Below are positions 48,242 through 57,014 of a stretch of 63,322 nucleotides of DNA, in pieces. Source of the stretch: a virus (Duplodnaviria; Caudoviricetes). The notes under the pieces were generated by a model that had not been told where the DNA came from, did not search any database, and saw nothing but the letters and a program-made list of their open reading frames with translations. The stretch is taken from IMG/VR virus record IMGVR_UViG_3300022680_000066, positions 1-63,322 of that record; one strand, written 5' to 3'. The number at the start of each line of letters is the position of its first letter. Within the stretch, counting starts at the first letter, position 1. A program made the translations under genes and the position numbers.

Positions 48242-48439
48242 ATGCAAACATACTACGAAGTAATAGCAACCATTGAAAATGCACCAGAAATCATGTATGG
48301 TTCTTTTGACCGTCAAGATTGTGTGGACGAAATCGACGCGGAAAAAGAAACCTGGAAACAACAAGGATATAAGAGTATTAAAATTAAAAGCCGTCAAACA
48401 ACCGACCAACCTGACAAAGATATCTATCCGAATTTATAG
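48242..48439 (+). CDS. Hypothetical early protein
   Basis: AAGGT RBS, 65 aa. Confidence 0.6.
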   Translation: MQTYYEVIATIENAPEIMYGSFDRQDCVDEIDAEKETWKQQGYKSIKIKSRQTTDQPDKDIYPNL

Positions 48440-48536
48440 GCGGCCAACACGTAATACCCATTCTCTGAGTGGGTATTGCGGGCAATCCGCCCTATGGAAC
48501 ACACAACAAGCCAGAAGTGGCTAAGGATACATAAAA

Positions 48537-49064
48537 ATGAACATCAAATTAAACGCAACCGTAGGTGGCCATCCATACCAATTAGACCAACAGGTCATCA
48601 ATGAAGCAGGGGAATTGACCCCGATTGCCATAGGTCTACTAACACGAGGCTTTCAAAAGATCCTAACTGACGCACACAGCACATCAAAACGCGGATCAGG
48701 CGAAAATGAACGCAAATCCACACCAGAAGAACGTCAAGAGGATGTGGAAAAACGACTAGCCAAACTCATAGATGGAACGTACTCATTCGGTGGTGGCGGA
48801 AGAACCACATCAACACCAGAACAAAAAGCACTAAAACACACGTTACAAAAGTATGGCATCAAATTCGCCAAAGGCCAAACCATCGAAAATGGTTTAGAAG
48901 CACTAGCAAAAGCCATCGCAGGACAAGCCAATAAGGATTTTGAACCCGAAATGACCCAAACCATCAAAACCCAATTGGAAGAAACCGACATATACAAGAC
49001 AAAACTCGAGGCAGAACGCCAATCAAACAATCCTATCCCAACAGCAGCCATGTTGAAACTCTAA
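48537..49064 (+). CDS. Hypothetical early protein
   Basis: TAAGGA RBS, 175 aa, followed by a hairpin. Confidence 0.7.
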   Translation: MNIKLNATVGGHPYQLDQQVINEAGELTPIAIGLLTRGFQKILTDAHSTSKRGSGENERKSTPEERQEDVEKRLAKLIDGTYSFGGGGRTTSTPEQKALKHTLQKYGIKFAKGQTIENGLEALAKAIAGQANKDFEPEMTQTIKTQLEETDIYKTKLEAERQSNNPIPTAAMLKL

Positions 49065-49073
49065 AAACCGCAC

Positions 49074-49100
49074 AAAATTGGTCAAGGATGACCAATTTTT
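49074..49100 (+). terminator. Probable intrinsic terminator
   Basis: AAAATTGGTCA-AGGA-TGACCAATTTTT. Confidence 0.55.
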
Positions 49101-49104
49101 GATA

Positions 49105-49120
49105 TGTTTCACGTGAAACA
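49105..49120. promoter_or_regulatory. parS: parS centromere-like site
   Basis: TGTTTCACGTGAAACA, exact match to the chromosomal parS consensus; palindrome extends to 18 bp (49104-49121). Confidence 0.8.
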
Positions 49121-49455
49121 TCACAAGCAATACACAATCTCCCAGCAAATCCCTACAAAAAACCCCAAACTCCCATCAAATCACCCAAAAACTATCACAA
49201 AAACCCAGTTCAAACATATTCACGTCATGCGTTTTTTGCACAACCAATTTCTGTAACCCGTTAATTTTAAACGAGTTTTTCCGTTTTCCGCACAACCTGT
49301 ACCATACCTCCACCACATCACGTACAACCGACACAACCAGCACTACCACCTAATGCACAAAACACAAAGCAAACCCCCAAAAAACGCGCCGACCCCCTGA
49401 AATATGAAAAATATATTATATGTATATACCCTCCTTAGGGCTTCGCCCTGCGGAG

Positions 49456-49538
49456 CAGGCAGAGCCACTCACCCAACCTACCTCCCACGCTCTCAGGCAG
49501 AGCCACTCACAGCCTATCACCCATCTCACCTATCACCC
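49456..49538 (+). repeat. Direct repeats in the non-coding region
   Basis: CAGGCAGAGCCACTCAC at 49456 and 49494; CCTATCACCC at 49513 and 49529. Confidence 0.8.
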
Positions 49539-49821
49539 GCTCAGCCCCGCTATATTCACGTTTCGCCCCCATTTTCCGTCATGTGCATTGCGCCCCAAGG
49601 GGTTGTGTAGGTTGTTTTGGTTGAGCGCAATATGGTGCAGGTATGATGCTGGTTATACAAAACGCCACCACACGACGATCACCCAAAACCACGACCGCCC
49701 CATCAACAAACCACAATAACCCCGCACAACGCACCACACGCGCCACACACCCCCATCACACCCACCATATAAGGAACAACCCCGCGCCGCCAACCAACCC
49801 GCCGCCAATGCGAATTAAAAG

Positions 49822-49850
49822 TTGCATTCCCGCCCCACATGACATACCAT
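49822..49850 (+). promoter_or_regulatory. Possible sigma70 promoter
   Basis: TTGCAT-17 bp-TACCAT upstream of ATG 49926. Confidence 0.45.
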
Positions 49851-49925
49851 ACCAATACGGCGCGGCAAAACCACGCCCCAACCTGCCCAACCGGCAGCCA
49901 CACAACCCGACAAGGAGCACACAAC

Positions 49926-50129
49926 ATGCCACAAAAATATCTGACAACAGACGATAAGCGAGAGAAGATCCTCGAAATCCTCACCACTACCCACCGACAC
50001 GCCTCCCAGCGCATCAAGCAAAAAATCCGTGCGCTCGGAGCCGCCAACATCCACATACAGCTCCACGACAGCGGCCAGTACTGCATCGTGGGGCAGATAG
50101 ACAATCAACCATTCAACTACTATTATTAA
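49926..50129 (+). CDS. Hypothetical early protein
   Basis: AAGGAG RBS then ATG 49926. Confidence 0.6.
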   Translation: MPQKYLTTDDKREKILEILTTTHRHASQRIKQKIRALGAANIHIQLHDSGQYCIVGQIDNQPFNYYY

Positions 50130-50316
50130 GGACAGCCACCATGCCAGACATATATCGCCAAAACGGCTACACCTCTCGCCAAGACTACCTCAACCAGCTG
50201 GCCGAGGACTACGTCACTGACCCCGAAACCGTCCAAGCCCTCGCAACAATCCTAGGCCCAGAAGAAGACTTCGACCAACTCCCAGCCGAGCTACAAGGGC
50301 TGCACGGAGACGACGA

Positions 50317-50742
50317 ATGACACACGAAGACGCCGAACTCGCCTGGAACTACGCTTGCCGCGCCGCAGCCGAAAGACTCAGGCTCCACCTCACCGAAGAG
50401 AAACAAATCGAAGCCATTGACGTGCTCAATCGGCTAGGTTTCTCAATCAATGACCGGCTGACCTCAACAGCCGGAAAAGCCAAATACCTCTCCCTCACAG
50501 TAGAGATATCTGGCCCTATATTTCGTCAAACCTACGTTCTAGCCCAGCTCATAGATACTATCTTGCACGAAATAGCACATCACCTTGCCCTACGTATCGA
50601 CGGCGAAACAGGTCACGGGCCGACCTGGATCAAATGGGCCGAGCGCATCGGTTGCTCAGCCGAACGCACCCACTCAATGCCTCGCGCACGTCGGCGTAGC
50701 CAACAAGAAGCCTTCGAACTCAGAAGCGAACTAAAACTATAG
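50317..50742 (+). CDS. SprT-like zinc metalloprotease
   Basis: RLTSTAG, TILHEIAH, GHGPTW..WAERIG. Confidence 0.85.
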   Translation: MTHEDAELAWNYACRAAAERLRLHLTEEKQIEAIDVLNRLGFSINDRLTSTAGKAKYLSLTVEISGPIFRQTYVLAQLIDTILHEIAHHLALRIDGETGHGPTWIKWAERIGCSAERTHSMPRARRRSQQEAFELRSELKL

Positions 50743-50750
50743 GAACTCTC

Positions 50751-51158
50751 ATGATCTACGCACTATTCACATACAAAGAAACCTCACCATCAGGCGAAAC
50801 CCTCGCCACCGGAGTCATCCAACCATCCGACCTGCAAAAGCTACCCCTGATCTCCCAGGGCCGCGTCCAGGCAGCCAACAACCAAGCCCACGCAGAAGCC
50901 CAATACATCGTTACCCAGGTCGGTCGCATCCTGCACATAGCCCAACAACTGCATATTGTCTGGGATAAACAAGAGGCCAGCTTCATGTCGTACTACGAAG
51001 ACACAGACCCGGCCACAGGCACAACCACATCCATCTACATGGATCTGCGCTGCAAACCAAGCACAAAACAACTCGTAAAAGCATTTCTACAGCGAGAAAT
51101 GGACAAGAAACTCCAAAACACGACACAGAAGTCCTCTCAGGAGAACGAAAATGCGTAA
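50751..51158 (+). CDS. Hypothetical protein
   Basis: AGGA RBS, 135 aa. Confidence 0.6.
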   Translation: MIYALFTYKETSPSGETLATGVIQPSDLQKLPLISQGRVQAANNQAHAEAQYIVTQVGRILHIAQQLHIVWDKQEASFMSYYEDTDPATGTTTSIYMDLRCKPSTKQLVKAFLQREMDKKLQNTTQKSSQENENA

Positions 51159-51591
51159 AATCCTCACCAAAAAGGCACCAGAACTGTCAGCAACCGCCAT
51201 TCCTATCCCTCACGGAGCCAACACCAGACCGCTCCTAGCCGAATTGTTCGATACAATGTACGGACGACAGGGCCTCGGCCTTGCCGCCAACCAGATCGGC
51301 ATCCTGAGTCGCGCAATCGTCATGGATGTCCAAGGGCTGCGGCTGGCAGTCATCAACCCCGTAATCACACCACGAGGAAAAGCCACACGATTCAGCATCG
51401 AATCCTGCCTCTCCTGCCCTGGCAAACGTGTAAGGGTCAAGCGGCACAAGCGCATCACCCTGACAGGTTATAACAGTGAATGGCAGCCAATCAAGCACAA
51501 GCTCAGTGGCCTCGCCGCGGCCTGCGCTCAGCACGAGGTCGATCACCTCAACGGCATCCTCATCACAGACAAAGTAAAGGAGCAGGCATGA
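51151..51591 (+). CDS. def: Peptide deformylase
   Basis: GLGLAANQIG, ESCLS, QHEVDHLNG. Confidence 0.93.
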   Translation: MRKILTKKAPELSATAIPIPHGANTRPLLAELFDTMYGRQGLGLAANQIGILSRAIVMDVQGLRLAVINPVITPRGKATRFSIESCLSCPGKRVRVKRHKRITLTGYNSEWQPIKHKLSGLAAACAQHEVDHLNGILITDKVKEQA

Positions 51592-51911
51592 CCCAACCAT
51601 CGACCCTCGGCGAACGCCTCCGCTGCAAACGACGCGAGAAGAAATGGACTCAAGAGCAGCTAGCCGTCCAGGCCGGAACCAACCAGCCCGTCATACAGAA
51701 GATTGAAAACAACCGCAGCCTCCGGCCACGCAAGATCGCAGCCATCGCCAAAGCTCTCGGCTGCTCCCCCTCGTGGCTCATGTACGGAGAACAACCCAGC
51801 GAGCTGAGCCACGAGGCCATCCAGGTCGCTGAAGCCTGGGCCAAGCTCCCAGAACCACACCAGCTGCAGATCAAAGCCGAAATCTTCCACCTCCTGAGGC
51901 AACAATCATGA
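51588..51911 (+). CDS. Xre/Cro-family HTH regulator without a peptidase domain
   Basis: AAGGAG RBS then ATG 51588; LGERLR...WTQEQLA...IQKIEN...IAKALG...WLMYG. Confidence 0.88.
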   Translation: MTQPSTLGERLRCKRREKKWTQEQLAVQAGTNQPVIQKIENNRSLRPRKIAAIAKALGCSPSWLMYGEQPSELSHEAIQVAEAWAKLPEPHQLQIKAEIFHLLRQQS

Positions 51912-52243
51912 CAAAGGACACCCAAAACGACTGGCTCGCCCTCATCCCGCCTGAACAATTGGGCGAGATTCTCATCGGCAAGCCCACAAAACGGGCAAAA
52001 TCGTCGGCCAAGCCACGCAATCCCAAGAAGATGACCGGCAAAACCAAGGCCACCTTCAAGGAAATGGCTCCAAAAGTCATTGCGCCGCCCATCCGGGAGC
52101 CTCGCAGAGTCGGCCCCGACCAATCATGCGGTCTGGGGGACAAAAAGGCCGCCATCATGAATGCCACTTATCGACCCGAACACCTTCTCGGTATGAGCCC
52201 ATTCTGCACATGCCACCTGCTAATCGACTGGAGCAACCAATGA
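51908..52243 (+). CDS. Hypothetical basic protein
   Basis: Start overlaps the upstream stop (ATGA). Confidence 0.55.
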   Translation: MTKDTQNDWLALIPPEQLGEILIGKPTKRAKSSAKPRNPKKMTGKTKATFKEMAPKVIAPPIREPRRVGPDQSCGLGDKKAAIMNATYRPEHLLGMSPFCTCHLLIDWSNQ

Positions 52244-52491
52244 CAAACTTCGCACCAACTATCCAAATAGACGGACAAACTGTCACTCCTAAAGGCTACA
52301 TGTGGGTTCTAGGCTTTGCCTTGGCCGGGTGTGACTGGGCCATTAAGGAAGCCAGCAAGCCCGAGTTTTTAAAAACAGTCCGTGCTGGCCTAGAGCAAGA
52401 AGCAATAAAGCGACTAGAGGCAGAAATAGCCCGATACGAATCCAAACTCCTAAAGCTAAAAGAAGAGTTGAGAACAAACCATGCTGAGTAA
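52240..52491 (+). CDS. Hypothetical protein
   Basis: GGAG RBS then ATG 52240. Confidence 0.55.
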   Translation: MTNFAPTIQIDGQTVTPKGYMWVLGFALAGCDWAIKEASKPEFLKTVRAGLEQEAIKRLEAEIARYESKLLKLKEELRTNHAE

Positions 52492-52669
52492 AAGCGGAAA
52501 GGTTGAATGGAGCTGCCCAAAGTGCGGGAGCACCGACATTTACACTCTCGACCACCAAGGCGGAGGCTGTATGTCCTGCAAATCGTGGTTTCTTTGGAAA
52601 AGCAGGATTAAAAAGAGTGTAGCTAAGCAAATATACCTGGCAAAAAGAGCCGCTTTTGTTACAAAATGA
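52481..52669 (+). CDS. Small zinc-ribbon protein
   Basis: CPKCGS...CMSC. Confidence 0.55.
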   Translation: MLSKSGKVEWSCPKCGSTDIYTLDHQGGGCMSCKSWFLWKSRIKKSVAKQIYLAKRAAFVTK

Positions 52670-52760
52670 CCATGAGCCAGCTTGCTACTAAGCCGCATTC
52701 CCCCGAGTGTGGCTTGTTGGCAATTCTGCCACTCAAGGCCAAACCAACAAGGAGCCTAAA

Positions 52761-52973
52761 ATGACATACAAAATCTTTGAAGAACTCAAAATCACCCTCC
52801 GCCTCTACGAGCACCACGAACTCGTCGATTTGGCCGAAGAAGCCGGCGTACATGCCTCCACCCTACGCAACTGGGTCAACGACAACACCCTATGCCCCCA
52901 GCTTCGCACATTCTACCCAGTTGCCTTCGCTCTGGGCTACGACCTGAAGCTCGTCAAACAATCCAAGAGGTAA
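52761..52973 (+). CDS. Small HTH protein
   Basis: LAEEAGVHASTLRNW...PQLRT...ALGYDL. Confidence 0.75.
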   Translation: MTYKIFEELKITLRLYEHHELVDLAEEAGVHASTLRNWVNDNTLCPQLRTFYPVAFALGYDLKLVKQSKR

Positions 52974-53103
52974 AATATGTGCAAACTCAACAAATCCCTA
53001 TACATCCGGCTGCTTGACTGGTGGACAAAACACGAAGACATCGTGCTTGTGCTCGTCCTCCTTGCCGCCGTGCTTCTCAGCCACACCCTTAGAGGATAAA
53101 TCA

Positions 53104-53409
53104 ATGGAACTTACATTCAAAAACTACAAAGGTCAAATAACCGTCACCACTTATGCCAACGGAGATTATTCACTCTCCTTGACCAGTCTCAAACACGGCC
53201 CTATTGCCCGCATTGCCCGCATAACCACATGGGTTCCTGACCTCGCCCCCGACGAGTATGCCATAAAGAACTGGAGCGAAAATGAAGGCATGCTTGAAGC
53301 CCTCGTCGACCAAGACATTGTCCACCCAAGCCACCGAGACGTGGACACTGGTTTCGTCACAGTCCCTATCGTCAAACTTAAAGTCAGCATCAACCAGCTC
53401 AAAGGATAA
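53104..53409 (+). CDS. Hypothetical protein (DUF4313-like)
   Basis: IKNWSENEGML..L...GFVTVP. Confidence 0.6.
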   Translation: MELTFKNYKGQITVTTYANGDYSLSLTSLKHGPIARIARITTWVPDLAPDEYAIKNWSENEGMLEALVDQDIVHPSHRDVDTGFVTVPIVKLKVSINQLKG

Positions 53410-53413
53410 ATCA

Positions 53414-53548
53414 ATGAAGCTCACCAAAATACTGTGTGCCCTCGGCTGGCACAACTACAAAATAATCCAAGAAGGCGGGCTCACCCACCTTGCTTGGTGG
53501 CCCAGAATTGAAAAATGCCGACGCTGTGGCAAGGAGATCAGACAGTGA
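53414..53548 (+). CDS. Small C-H-CxxC protein
   Basis: LCALGWH...CRRCGK. Confidence 0.55.
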   Translation: MKLTKILCALGWHNYKIIQEGGLTHLAWWPRIEKCRRCGKEIRQ

Positions 53549-53817
53549 ACCGCACAATCACCATCACATCATGCAAAGGCTGTCCCTATCGCAGGCAGCG
53601 CCGCTCACATACATCTCACACAACCGTACCAACATGCAAAGCAGTCACTCTAGAAGACATCGATCAATCATATCAGTGCGGCTATTATAAGAAAGAAGCC
53701 GTGCTCCCGCACACGAGACACAATTTCCGAGGCACGACCTACCGCTCCCCGACCTTCGTCATCCCCCGCTGGTGCCCGCTTCCCAAAGCAACCAGCTATG
53801 TTGACGAGTCGGGTTGA
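53545..53817 (+). CDS. Cys-rich hypothetical protein
   Basis: AAGGAG RBS then GTG; SCKGCPY...IPRWCPL. Confidence 0.6.
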   Translation: MNRTITITSCKGCPYRRQRRSHTSHTTVPTCKAVTLEDIDQSYQCGYYKKEAVLPHTRHNFRGTTYRSPTFVIPRWCPLPKATSYVDESG

Positions 53818-53842
53818 CAACCAAACATCAATATGATATACT
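53814..53842 (+). promoter_or_regulatory. sigma70 promoter
   Basis: TTGACA-17 bp-TATACT. Confidence 0.75.
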
Positions 53843-53890
53843 GGCGATTAGCTACAAAACAACGAGACATAACCACAACGGGAGCCAACA

Positions 53891-54076
53891 ATGGACTTTT
53901 ACACAAAACTATTCTTAATCAACCTAGTCGTGCTCATTCTCACCGTGTGCGCAGGCATCTTCATACCCAACGACGCACTCGATCGCAGTCGTATTGTGCC
54001 CTTGCTCAGCCTGTGGGTAGTGGTCACAGCAGTATCCATACCTGCCTGGGTCATATACGCAATCATCACCTCATAA
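53891..54076 (+). CDS. Small membrane protein
   Basis: GGAG RBS; two hydrophobic segments. Confidence 0.6.
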   Translation: MDFYTKLFLINLVVLILTVCAGIFIPNDALDRSRIVPLLSLWVVVTAVSIPAWVIYAIITS

Positions 54077-54086
54077 GGTCACAACC

Positions 54087-54293
54087 ATGAAACAGCCCTG
54101 GATAGTCATCAGAAAGTGCCTGCGCCAAGCCCCGTGCTCAACCCAGTCCGGCAACCACCCATGCTCACCCCGAGGCGAGGCCATAACCGGGCACCTCTCT
54201 GAAACCCAGGCCAAGCGAATAGCCCAACAGCTGAGCAATTCGCCCAAACTATCCAGCTACACATATGAGGCCATAAAGGCTACAGACCGCTAA
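54087..54293 (+). CDS. Hypothetical protein
   Basis: TAAGG RBS. Confidence 0.5.
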   Translation: MKQPWIVIRKCLRQAPCSTQSGNHPCSPRGEAITGHLSETQAKRIAQQLSNSPKLSSYTYEAIKATDR

Positions 54294-54425
54294 CAGGAGA
54301 TTAAAATGGCCCGACAAGTAACCCGATGGCTCAGCCGCGACAACCAAGAGTTCTCAACCGAAGCAGAAGCTGACAAACAAGACGCCTTGCTCGACCTAGC
54401 AACTGAATACGAAGGAGAACCCTGA

Positions 54426-54686
54426 ATGAAACTTAGCCACGATCGAGCTGTATTTTACTTTGGCTTCCTGTCCATCGAGATTTATTGGCCAAAAGTATTA
54501 CACACCTCCTCAGACACAGGCATCTATCTACCGACCCAGCTCTCTATCAAGAGAGCTACCAAATGGGTTACCTGGATGTTAAAGTGGGCATTTGTACTAA
54601 AGATTCTTGGTTTTGGATTTGGCCTAGCTTGGGAGCACTGTGATAACCCCAACTGTCAACCGAAAGACCTCATAGAATCGGCTTGA
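54426..54686 (+). CDS. Hypothetical protein
   Basis: AAGGAG RBS. Confidence 0.5.
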   Translation: MKLSHDRAVFYFGFLSIEIYWPKVLHTSSDTGIYLPTQLSIKRATKWVTWMLKWAFVLKILGFGFGLAWEHCDNPNCQPKDLIESA

Positions 54687-54695
54687 GAGGCAAGC

Positions 54696-54730
54696 GTCAA
54701 TACGTTTGGCACGGTTCCATACGTATTGCC
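54696..54730. promoter_or_regulatory. 35-bp palindromic motif, copy G
   Basis: GTCAATACGT-TTGGCACGGTTCCAT-ACGTATTGCC, intergenic upstream of ATG 54762. Confidence 0.75.
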
Positions 54731-54761
54731 AGTTACCTCCCACCCAACAACGGAGATTCAG

Positions 54762-55178
54762 ATGAACGAAGACACTAAAAAGGAGCAACAACCAGTGATC
54801 CGAATATACAGCGGCACATGCTGCATGTGCGACATAGGCATACCCACCCATGAGCGGGACATGCACGGCAACGAGCTATTTTCCGGCGACATAGTCCAAC
54901 TCTGGCACGGCAACTACATCGGAACCGACTATGAAGAGTGGATGCCCTCCAGCGGTCTCACAGCCATCGTCGGCAACCAATATCAATCCTTCTACAACAG
55001 TGACAGAATAGACAAACTAACTGACTCACCCAGACTCTTCACAATGGGAATTGCTGGTTGCGGGATTCAAGATCATGAATGGAAAGTCTCCCTCGTCAAG
55101 AGCCACAAAGACATCATTCCAGGCGAACGATTTCAATCCTTAGGCTTCAACTACAAAGAGCACGGAAACAACCAATAA
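54762..55178 (+). CDS. Hypothetical protein (YopX-like D..G.EL..GDIV motif)
   Basis: GGAG RBS then ATG 54762. Confidence 0.6.
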   Translation: MNEDTKKEQQPVIRIYSGTCCMCDIGIPTHERDMHGNELFSGDIVQLWHGNYIGTDYEEWMPSSGLTAIVGNQYQSFYNSDRIDKLTDSPRLFTMGIAGCGIQDHEWKVSLVKSHKDIIPGERFQSLGFNYKEHGNNQ

Positions 55179-55203
55179 CACTATTAACTGTTAGGAGCCA
55201 CAC

Positions 55204-55500
55204 ATGCTGATAATACTCCAAAACCGAGTCTACAACCTGAGCAGGTTCGATACTATCTTTCCAACTGACGGAAAGATTCAATACCGGATCGACTTCTGCC
55301 GTGGAGAGGATAGAGAGGAGTGTGCTTTCTACAAAACAAAAGACGAACGCGATGCTGACTGGCTCCGAATCACGAGCCTTATCGAAAGGAGCAACTATCC
55401 TTTCATCGGAATCGACTCCGGCTCCCCAGAAGGAGACCAAACCGTAAAGGCCACCTACAAGGACGGCCAACTTCACATCAACCAAGAGGATCAATCCTAA
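55204..55500 (+). CDS. Hypothetical protein
   Basis: AGGAG RBS. Confidence 0.6.
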   Translation: MLIILQNRVYNLSRFDTIFPTDGKIQYRIDFCRGEDREECAFYKTKDERDADWLRITSLIERSNYPFIGIDSGSPEGDQTVKATYKDGQLHINQEDQS

Positions 55501-55796
55501 TGTGCCAAAAGCAACCCAAAAACAAAAACTACCTCAAACCTATGTTCTGGTACATAGTCGAGGTATCTTTCAGCAGAGGCAATCCAATCCACCGCTGCAT
55601 AGCCTTCCATCGAGAAAAGGGCTGTGTCGAGCTAATCGGCTCATATGACCTGGATGACATGCCTTGTCGCAAGCACATTTCCGAACTAGCCTATTTCAAC
55701 GTTATCAAGCCATTACCCGAAATGGAGGGCGAGCCTGAAGCTTTCCTTCCAAAAGACGCACCTCTCGTAATCTTTGTCGAAGTCCAAACCTCATAA
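55500..55796 (+). CDS. Hypothetical protein
   Basis: Coupled to the upstream stop. Confidence 0.55.
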   Translation: MCQKQPKNKNYLKPMFWYIVEVSFSRGNPIHRCIAFHREKGCVELIGSYDLDDMPCRKHISELAYFNVIKPLPEMEGEPEAFLPKDAPLVIFVEVQTS

Positions 55797-55806
55797 GGAG
55801 ACCGAC

Positions 55807-56571
55807 ATGAAAACAGTCCACCAACACACCGAAGCTGAACTTCTTGCCCTCACTCCCGAAGCCAAACAGCAGCTAATCGAACTTCAATGCGCCCTCGACG
55901 GCGTGCCCCTGCTGCCCACACATCCACAGTGCCCTGAAGCACCACACATCGAATACGATACAGAGAGCTTCAGAGTAGTCATGAGCTACTCTACTGTGGC
56001 TGCGTACAAAACCAGAGACGCTGCCCAATCTGTAGCTGACGCAATCAACACACATAATCAAGTCTATCTTGACTACGAATACTTTGGAGGCCGTCGTGTA
56101 GATTGCCTCAAAGACAACACACCAGCATCCGCAACTGTGGAGCATGTAAAATGCGCTTCCCTCGGTCTCATGGCCGAGCGCAAGGCCGAGCTAACCCAGT
56201 ATAAAAAGGACAAATCCACCTACGACACACTCAAAGAAGCCTATGACAAAGCATCCACCGCTCGGGCCGACTCCATAGCAACAGTCGAAGACGCAATTGC
56301 TGAAGCCCATGCCAACGACTTCAAGCGCAAAGACGCCCTGGCTAAATACAACCACTATGTTGTTATCGCGGACAACAACACAGAAATGGCCATGATATTC
56401 TTTTGCGCCAACTACGCTGATCTGCGCGAGTTCCTGCCGGAGGAATATGTAGCAGATCTACCTAAACGAACTTTGGACGAGATAACTAAAGAAAGAGAAC
56501 CTTATTCCAACGCACTCGGATGTGCCGAAACCACTGACCCTGATGAGATCAAAGTCGACGGAACAGAATAG
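55807..56571 (+). CDS. Hypothetical protein
   Basis: TAAGGAG RBS then ATG 55807; 254 aa. Confidence 0.7.
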   Translation: MKTVHQHTEAELLALTPEAKQQLIELQCALDGVPLLPTHPQCPEAPHIEYDTESFRVVMSYSTVAAYKTRDAAQSVADAINTHNQVYLDYEYFGGRRVDCLKDNTPASATVEHVKCASLGLMAERKAELTQYKKDKSTYDTLKEAYDKASTARADSIATVEDAIAEAHANDFKRKDALAKYNHYVVIADNNTEMAMIFFCANYADLREFLPEEYVADLPKRTLDEITKEREPYSNALGCAETTDPDEIKVDGTE

Positions 56572-56774
56572 CCCTAAAATCAAGTCAACTGTCTTACCGC
56601 TCGTCATGACGCAAGCTCAATTTGACGAGCATTTTTATACGGCACTCAAGCGGCAAAGACAGTTGACACCTAACTCTAACTTCCATATCAAAGGTTTTGC
56701 CATACACAAGTACAGCAGCCTGTTGCAAGCCTTTGCTGAGGAATTCGGACTCATAAAGATCGAGGAATAGTTAC

Positions 56775-57005
56775 ATGCGTGCCTGGACATGTACAACTTT
56801 CAAAGGCCATCACCCTGTAGGTGCTGCGGCGGTAGTTGTAGCCGAATGTGAAGAAACAGCATTGCATTGGTTAAAGAAAGAGCTTCAATCCCACGGCCTC
56901 ACTGGCCTAAGATCTGACAGCTCCGAATTAACCAACGTCGATTTAAAACCTTTGCCTGTCCACAGCGGCAGGCTTTGTCGGGTTTTAAATGACGGAAACT
57001 ATTAA
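56775..57005 (+). CDS. Hypothetical protein
   Basis: GAGG RBS; FKGHHPVGAAAVVVA...LNDGNY. Confidence 0.6.
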   Translation: MRAWTCTTFKGHHPVGAAAVVVAECEETALHWLKKELQSHGLTGLRSDSSELTNVDLKPLPVHSGRLCRVLNDGNY

Positions 57006-57014
57006 GGAGGTTTT

